NCBI GenBank assembly: GCA_964188305.1
Contig: OZ076887.1
DNA: 64,000 nt
From: Podarcis bocagei
Lineage: Eukaryota
Reading direction: 5' to 3' (one strand)
The notes under the pieces are model-generated. The model was not told the DNA's origin. It saw nothing but the letters and a program-made list of their open reading frames with translations, and did no database searches. Of the stretch, positions 38,001 through 47,000 are shown piece after piece; positions within the stretch are counted from its first letter, which is position 1, and each line of letters begins with the position of its first letter. Made by a program: the position numbers and the translations under genes.

Positions 38001-41000
38001 ATTGCTCTGCCTGTGTTGCATATGAACGCAGCCTATGTAAACAGTATTTCTTTTTGGTTTTATAATGATTCTTTATTTTAATTGAACCACAAGCATCCAT
38101 TCTATGGAAAATAATTAAGACAACTTGTTGATATTTTAGCTCCGCTAAAAATCACAAGATTTTGCAGGATTAAAAATATCAATGGTTGAATGCAGATATA
38201 TTTAGTCAAATTTCAGGTGGGAAAAGGGAAACTGGTGGAATTTTATCTCACAGCATACATCCCAGTGCTAACTTGTTTGATGTACTGCATATTTAAAGAC
38301 CCGTGGCTTCTTTTAAAACGACTTCACAGATATTGACACATGGATTCATGTCTTTGTTTTTTGTTCCCCACCCCCTCAAAAAAAATATATGTTCAGATAT
38401 GTTGTCTCCAGCTTTGGAAACCTCAAGCATAACTCCATCCGTTTATAGTGTCCATGCCTTAACGCTGCTGTCAGAAGTAAGTTTTCCCCCTTTTTATTAG
38501 ACTTTAAGATATTTGTTTGTATATAAATATAAGAGTTAACACAGAAAAGAACAGAGCATTATTTCACCACACTTGCACTTCTGGAATTTTGGTAGGTGAA
38601 TATTCAGATGTGCAAGAAAGCACATATTTTTGAGCAGCGAGAAGCCTGGTGGGCCACACCTGGCCCCTGGACCTGAGGTTCCTCACACCTGCACTAGTGA
38701 AAGGCAAGGAACCTGATTTTCAGTGATCTCTCCTATCCAGGGCAGGCTCTGGTGCTTCCCAAAAGCTTCTCCTTAGGTTCCGGGGATCTTTTGGAGCAGT
38801 ATGGGATATAGCATATGTGGCTGCAGTTGGAAGGAGGCATTAGTGAAAGTGGCGTGCCGCCTTAGGCTAACAGGAAGGGCTTTTGCTAGCACAAAGCTAC
38901 CATTCAAATCAGTGGGACTGAATTTTGTTGTGGCTAATTTAAGCCCCGTTGGTCTTAATGGGCCTACTATAAGCATGACTTAAGATTGCAATCCTAACCC
39001 CATTTACCTGGGAGTAAGCACCATTGAGTTCAATAGAACTTACTTTTGAGAAGACATGTTAGGATTGCCTTGCAAATCTTCATCCAAGCCCATGTTTCTG
39101 GAAATAGTAGAGAAGGGAATTGTCTATGCATGTGCTTTGGGGTATATTTTCCCCCTTTTAGCAGGAACAAAATTGTGCTGAAAGATAATATAGCTGTTGC
39201 CCCCCCCCCCAAAAAAAGCACACATTAAGCTCAGAAGTTGATTTGGTATTAAAACTGTCATGTTCATGTGCTCAGTCTCGGACAGGATTTCTCTGCTATG
39301 GAATGCAGCACATTTGTCAGTATACAATTCTTATCTGCTTTTGAGAGAATGAAGAAAAATCATCTATATTTTTGGTGCTATTACTTAAGAAATTTGTGGG
39401 GTTTTTTAAACAACCATTTAGTTTTGATAAGACGATATTTGAAAGAGCACTTGTTAAATAATGTTTTCTTTGTGACATTTTGAAAATAATTAATATAGCT
39501 GGAAACTGGGCAGTCATCCATTGAAAGGATATATAGTACAGTATTTATATATTTTAAGCAGAAGTCCTTAAAGATTGTTTGTAAGGGCAGAAAATTGACA
39601 TTTTCAATATTTCTCTTCTCTTGTAGGTCTTGGCTCATCTTTTGGATATGGTTTTCTACAGTGATGAAAAAGAGCGAGTTATTCCACTTCTTGTTAATAT
39701 AATGCACTATGTTGTGCCTTATCTTCGCAATCACAGGTACCTGTACAATTACATGTACAACTTATTTTAACTATGATGTACACTTTCAGTGAACTTACCA
39801 TTACAGTTTCCATAAAGTACTCTCTTGACGAGTTTCCCAAACAAGGAAATGATGATTAACTGCTTCAGAACAAGCCAGGATACTTAGCCAACTTAATAGC
39901 TTAATATCCTGACGTGTTCGAAAGCTGTCTGCCATAGTTTCCAGGCTTGAACAAAGCAGGGAACTATAATTCATGTTAGTTAACTAGATACATTCTGGTT
40001 TGTTTGCTGGCTCTTGTGAAAAGGCTGTGTATGTGGCCAAAGGCTCATCTATATCTCTGCTTATTAAGATGAGATTCTGTTGTTTGAATGTGGTCCTTCT
40101 GTGCAGTCTTGAAATGAGCAGTTATATGTAAGGAGCACTAATACTTGCAGTGACATATGGCCCTACTCTGCAGGAAGGACTCCAAGGCTGGTGCTCCCCC
40201 ACGCCAGATATTTCCTGCCATCCCATTCATCTGCCCCACTTCCCTTCATAGTAGATTAAGGTCCTATCTGGCAATGATTACATTCTTGCTCCCCTAGTAG
40301 TCTTTTTTGCCACTTCCCCAACTGCTCTTCTGAGTGCACTTCTATGAACTCATGTTGACTATTGAAAGAGTTCAGCAGCAAAAGTAGCAATCCGTAGTCT
40401 CCAACCTTTCCTGCTTGTTGGCATTTGTGAGACATTGTGAGATGTGAGACATTTTGCATTTCAGCAGCCTAAATTCTGATTTTGCACAGTAACTCTGTAT
40501 TTTGCAGATAGCGTTCAGGAATATCCCTTGATATTAGAGTAACTCAAGTCAGTTGCTGTCAAAAGCTTCACCAAACAAAAGCTTCATCACTGAGCCTATC
40601 CCAGTGTAAACATTCTGTGCTGTGTATTACCAATGGCAGGAATTTTATCTTTGTGGCTGACAGACTCTGCTGACCTCTCCACCAGAGGTGTAACGCACTT
40701 CAGCCACCTAGATTTGCATTACCAGGCTTGCTCTTTATGTGGCGTAACTTTCTGGTGTAAGATGCCTTGGTTTTCCCAGCTCTCTGCTTCAGGCTAGTTG
40801 TTGAAGAAGGAGAACTTCTCAGGCTACAGATGACACAGAGCTGCTTGAATGAATAAGGCATGTTTCTGACAAATTAAGCTCTAAATGCTTCACCCAGTGC
40901 GGAGGCAGAGAAAGTGTAGCCCTCCAGATGTCGTTCAACTTCCAGTTCCCATCAGTCCCAACCAACAAGGCCAGCGGCCAACATTGCTGATGGGAGTTGT

Positions 41001-44000
41001 TGACTAGCCACATCAATAGTACCATCATGGTTGTGATTATGCATGTGCACAGTGGAGGGTAGTGATTTTCTAATAATGAATTTTCCTTTTAGGTGCACCC
41101 CCTTGCACGGTGCTAAAGTCTGCTCTGGAGGGTTTACTAACATCCAGGAGGAGCATTTGAAGAGGATGGGGCATTCAGTGGGCAGTTGTAGGCCAGGATC
41201 TGGTGTTGGGATCCAAGCAAGAATAATTTCAAATTGATTTAAAGGTGCTGTGTTCTGACTGTTTTTGTGCAGGGTTTTTCTTACTTGAAATCATTTTGAA
41301 TTGGATTTATTTCCTTGTTCCAGTGCCCATAACGCGCCCAGCTACCGAGCGTGTGTTCAGCTATTGAGCAGCCTGAGCGGCTATCAGTACACGAGGAGAG
41401 CGTGGAAAAAGGAAGCTTTTGACCTCTTTATGGATTCCAGTTTCTTTCAAATGGATGCTTCCTGTGTTAATCAGTAAGGCTTTTTGTTGCTCCTGTTTGA
41501 TTTTAGTACCGGGGAGCGGAGGGAATAGAATTGTTTCCCCAAGACAGTTCTTGTCAACATGGGGCCTTCCAGATGTTTTGGGACTCCAACTCCTATTGGC
41601 TCCAGCCAGCATGGCTGATGTTCAGGGATAATGGGAGTTGAGGCCAGCAATGTCTAGAAGGCACCACATCAGCTCCCCAGCCTTAAGACAGCATAAGACA
41701 AAATTCTAGCAGTCTGCACTTTCCAGATGACTAGATACTCTCATTTGCTTGTATAACCTTCTGTTGGCTGTAAGGTCTACACTATATAGCAACATCACAA
41801 CAGGGTTTCACGCAGCTCTTTCACCAACCCTACCTGCAGATTCTAGTGGTGAAACCTGATGCCTTTTGCATAAGGTGTGGCTGAACTTCGTTCCTCTGCT
41901 ATTTTCTCTCCAGTTCTTACAGAGCTTGTTTCTCCAAGTTCCCACAATTTGTTAGTTCTGCACATCCACTGCCTCTACTTGATTCCATGCACATCTACCC
42001 ATAGCTTGGATAGTGTGGTTGCTGATTCCAGAAAGAGCTTCTCAAATAGCCTTGGTTCAAGCCTGATAAGGGCTACCAATGACTATATTCTGCAACCATT
42101 GTTGGAGACAGTATGCCTCAGAATACCAGTTCAGTTGCTGGGGAGAGTGCTGTTGCACTCAGTTCCTTCTTGTGGACTTCCTAGGCATCTGGTTGGCCAC
42201 TGTGAAAACAGGATGTTGCACTAGATTTCATTTTGCCTGATCCTGCAGCATTCTTCTCAAGTTCTTGTATCTTTTCTTTATACTCTCCCCACTCCCTAAC
42301 CCCAAGACTCCCTCTGTCAACAGAGGCAGCTGCTTGGTTCTTACAGATCTGTACCATTCATATACTGCGGGATGTTATTCTGACGTACAGAGCAGAATTG
42401 TGAAAGGGGCATGCGTCAAACTGACACTTTCCCTTTTCATTTAAACCAAAATAAAATCCCCTGCTTTTATTTGCAATGACAATATCATTTTAAATTCTTT
42501 TTTAGTTGGAGAGCAATCATGGATAATTTGATGACACATGACAAAACCACGTTCAGAGATCTGATGAGTGAGTTCTGGCTTTTAACTCTGTGTACAAGAT
42601 CCACAGACACTTGCATGTTTGGAATCCATTCTAATAATACTAGCTATCATGTTGTAAAGATTGATTCTTCTGATGTCTGCATAATGCAGGCATCCCCAAC
42701 CTGTGGCCCTCCAGATGTTTTGGCCTACAACTCCCATGATCCCTAGCTAACAGGACCAGTAGTCGGGGATGATGGGAATTGTAGTCCAAAACATCCGGAG
42801 GGCCACAGGTTGGGGATGCCTGGCATAATGGTCCAAATCACAACTCATCTAAGCCAAGAAAGCTTGGTTTTTGGCAAAAACAGCATAGGCATGATAGATA
42901 CTTTTTCATTGACTTTGCCGTTGGAAGTAATTTTGGTAAATTTATATTGTTTCTGGTTTTGTGAATTTAATGTTTGTTTCATTAATATCTTGAATTTTTC
43001 CTTGCTCTCTCTGCCTTCAACTAGGGCTTTGTTGTTTGTATGCAAGATCCACCTGCCAAGTAGCCCACAAGAGTGTGTCTTAACTCAGAATGTGTTGCAT
43101 CCCTTTTTTAAAAAAAGAATGCAAAATCACTTTTTTAAAAGTATATTCAGAGAAAATTCTAGAGTATTGAACACCAAGACTTATTGATTGAAGTGACTGC
43201 TGACGTGTGAATGGTGCCAGGTCTATCCTACGAATAGTTCCCTTGCTCTCATGAATATAGGGAACAGTGGGAGAGTGCTGTGGCCCTCATGTCCTGCCTT
43301 GGACATCTCATTGGCCACTGTGAGAAGCAGGATGCTGGACTAGATGGGTCTTCTTAAGAGAAATGCACACAAACAGTGCATTTAACTCATAAATAGGATC
43401 CATGTAGTGTATATGGTACCTGGCATATATGTTTAAAGTGCAGAATACAATCTGGGCACTGACTTACGGCACTCAACTAGTGATTTTAATAACATACTTT
43501 AAATCAGCCTTTTCCAACCTGGAGTCCTGTGCCTGTTTTGAACTACTCCTGTCTCTGAGCCAAGAACTCTTGTCTTCACTAAAAGCACCTTCTCTGCTGC
43601 ATGATTCCTTCTTTAGCACGTGTGGCCGTAGCTCAGAGCAGTTCGCTCAATCTGTTTGCCAATCGGGATGTAGAACTGGAACAGCGTGCTATGCTTCTGA
43701 AGAGGCTGGCCTTTGCCATTTTTAGCAGTGAAGTGGACCAATACCAGAAATACCTTCCAGATATACAAGGTAAATAAGAATTTTATCATTTCCCTTGGAG
43801 GGGTAAAGTACAAGTGTCCTTTGCTTAACTATTATTAGTGCTTTATGGATGATATGTCCTCCCGGAGTTTCCTTTCCATTAGCTTGCACCCTGGGGAGGT
43901 CACTTCAGTGCTGCAAATGTGGTGGTTTGTCTTCACCTCTGGAGGCACACTCCCCTTGTCTCTCAAGACGGAAGCATGCCAACCAGTCATGCTAGCTGGG

Positions 44001-47000
44001 CCACATGGGAGTTGGAGTTTATTAGTATGTGGACTCCCAAGGACTCCCTACCCCCGATTTAAACAGTAGTTAAATCTTCTGCTCTGTGTATTGGCACATA
44101 ATTTGGGGCCAGCAGAACAAAGCATACAAAAAAAAGTCCTGCTAACCTCTGGATCATACCATTGGCTTGTTATCATGGTCTCTTAGAAACACAGTGAACT
44201 GTTTACTTGAAAACTGGTACATCTCTCCCTCCTTCCCCCAGCACCTCTAATATTCTACATTGAGGGGAGGTTTGTGTGCGCATGAGTTTAGCGTAGCTTT
44301 CCTAAATACAAATCAACTAAAACTCATACTATTAATCGGTTGTTTTTTCATTAACTGGGCTGCAGATTTTTGAGCTACCAAATCTGTGTTGATTTTTCTG
44401 TTTCAGAAAGGCTGGTAGAAAGTCTCCGCCTGCCGCAAGTGCCCACTCTTCACTCCCAAGTGTTCCTCTTTTTCCGAGTTCTCCTCTTGAGAATGTCTCC
44501 ACAGCATCTTACCTCGCTTTGGCCTACCATGATCACAGAATTGGTGAGTTGCAACTGACTTTGGAACATAGGGAAGCTTTTTTCTATATTTTTTTAAAAA
44601 AGCCAATTGTGGCGATCACACACAGGGCCCCCGGACGTTTGACGGTCTATTGACCGCAGTGCCACCACTGCGATTGCTTTTTCCGCTGCCACCACCCCGT
44701 ATCTCACGGGGACACACAGAGTCCAGTCAGTTGTTAACATAAACAAATAATCAAGTTTATTTTTAAATGCAGGAACAAGCTTATGGTTTCAGTTAATTTT
44801 TCTCTTGACAGTTTCTTATTCTTAGTTCCTAACAACTCCAAACTGATTATTCCCAACTATCTATCTGACTCCACCTAACAATTGCTCTCATTCCCTCACA
44901 ATACAACTCTACCAACCCACTGCCTATTCCTCCCTCATCAACTCCCAAACCTCAACTGACTTTCAAAACCTCCCACTCTAACTTTTATTCCCCCCTTGCA
45001 TTCTCCCTGGCCAATCACAACAGACCTATTTTAACCCTTTCCTTATGACCCATCCTAGGAGGCAAACGCCACACCAATAATTCAATATCTCTATAGCCCA
45101 AGGTTAGCCAACACAGTGCCCTTCAGATGTTGCTAGGATACAATTTCCAGCCATTAGTGATGATGGGAGTATATCATTGCTGGGATACAAGCTTACATGC
45201 TATGTCATGCATAAGGATACTGAAGTCACTTGTTTTGAGCAACCTGCATGGATCTTTCCCACCTGATCATTAGCCTGGAAGGACAATAATTGAGTGGAAA
45301 AAATCAGGTGTTTGTTCACATGCATACTACCACCACCACATCACTGACAGTGACGTATGGGGGATATGATTGGAATGTCCATTTGTTAATACTGTTTTTA
45401 AAATTTGGTGTGTTGTTGTTGTTTTAAAAAACAAAACAAACTTCAGGTCCAAGTATTTTTATTGATGGAACAGGAACTCACAGCTGATGAAGATATCTCA
45501 AGGTAATGTCAATTTCTCTTCTCTCATCTTATTTGCATAATAGTTGAAATATACTGTCTGATAGTCCAATTATTTTATATTACTCATTTGGAAGGTTTTT
45601 CTCCCAGTCTTGCTATGAAAACAGGAACATAATCGGTGCCAATAAGCAGCAGTACACTTTTCCCCCCCATTCCAGTTCATGTTTAATACGGCAATCAGTT
45701 CACAAAGATCAAATTAGTCAGACAGGACCCTATATTGTAAAAGTAAATCAGACTTTGGTCTTGCTTCTTTATCAGTACTATTTACGCTAAATTATACGAA
45801 CAAAGCAGAAGTGTAATTTAGAACCACTAGCTGCAGCTATCTTGTTAAAATTGTTTGGTGTTTTCAGAAGGGTAATATAAAAGTTATCCTCATAGAGAAT
45901 TGTTCCAGTTCATTTAAAGTATACGCTAAGAGAAGAGCATTGATTTGTGAAGTGTGGACATAAGTGACTAAGAATAACCTGTAGTAAATTCATTTGAATT
46001 GTAGAACTTCAGGACCATCTGTTGCTGGCCTGGAAACTACATACACTGGAGGCAATGGATTCTCGACATCCTACAACAGTCAGAGATGGTTAAATCTTTA
46101 TTTGTCAGCTTGTAAATTTCTGGATTTAGCCTTGGCATTGCCCTCTGAAAATCTTCCTCAGTTTCAGATGTAAGTACACTTTATCTCATTCAAATCCAAG
46201 TGTGCCGTAGAAACACTTCATTGTGAGAAAACCTTCATATTTAGGGTGATGCTTCTCTTTGAGCGGCAAGTATTTCTTTATGGACTGGCAAGGCAGGTGC
46301 TTTTACAGCCTTCTGCCACCTCACCTTGTGTTATGGCAGTGAAAATGTGTCTTAGGTGGCACAGCTCCCCATCAGAGGAATGCCCTCCATATAGTGTTGG
46401 CAGAAATTCGGGAGAAGCAACTTGGTTAGGGGCCTACCCCCTCTCCCCAGTAACCAACATCATGTGCTATCTTGTTTCACAAAATGCTTCTGTCAGGATG
46501 CCCAAGACTGTGTCCCAATATGTATGGCAGGGGTGTGTTTTATTACCATTTGGCAAATATATACAAAAGGAAATCAGAAAGGGCTGGGCAGAACAGAGCA
46601 AACAATGCTTTCAAAGTATTTCTTCTTAGAAGTGGCTTCTGTGAAACAGATTGATTTTTATGCATCTAATTTTACTCCCATGGATCTTGGTTTTTCTTAG
46701 CAGATTTTGTCTACATAAAGACCTGCCTGGATATAAATTGACTCAACTAGGGAGGGCTGGTGTGTTCTTGCTGAATGTGATGACTTTGTCCTCTTTTTCT
46801 TTAACAGGTATCGCTGGGCCTTTATTCCAGAAGCTTCTGATGATTCAGGGTTGGAGGTGCGAAGACAAGGCACACACCAAAGGGAATTCAAACCATACGT
46901 AGTACGATTAGCAAAACTGCTGCGAAAGAGAGCAAAGGTATTTCATTTCTCTTTTCATAAATTATTACTACAGAATTAATGCATATTTTATATCAATGCA

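Noticed and set aside
38330-38396. Upstream AG extending exon 28
   Set aside because: A 67-nt extension would shift the frame; no support
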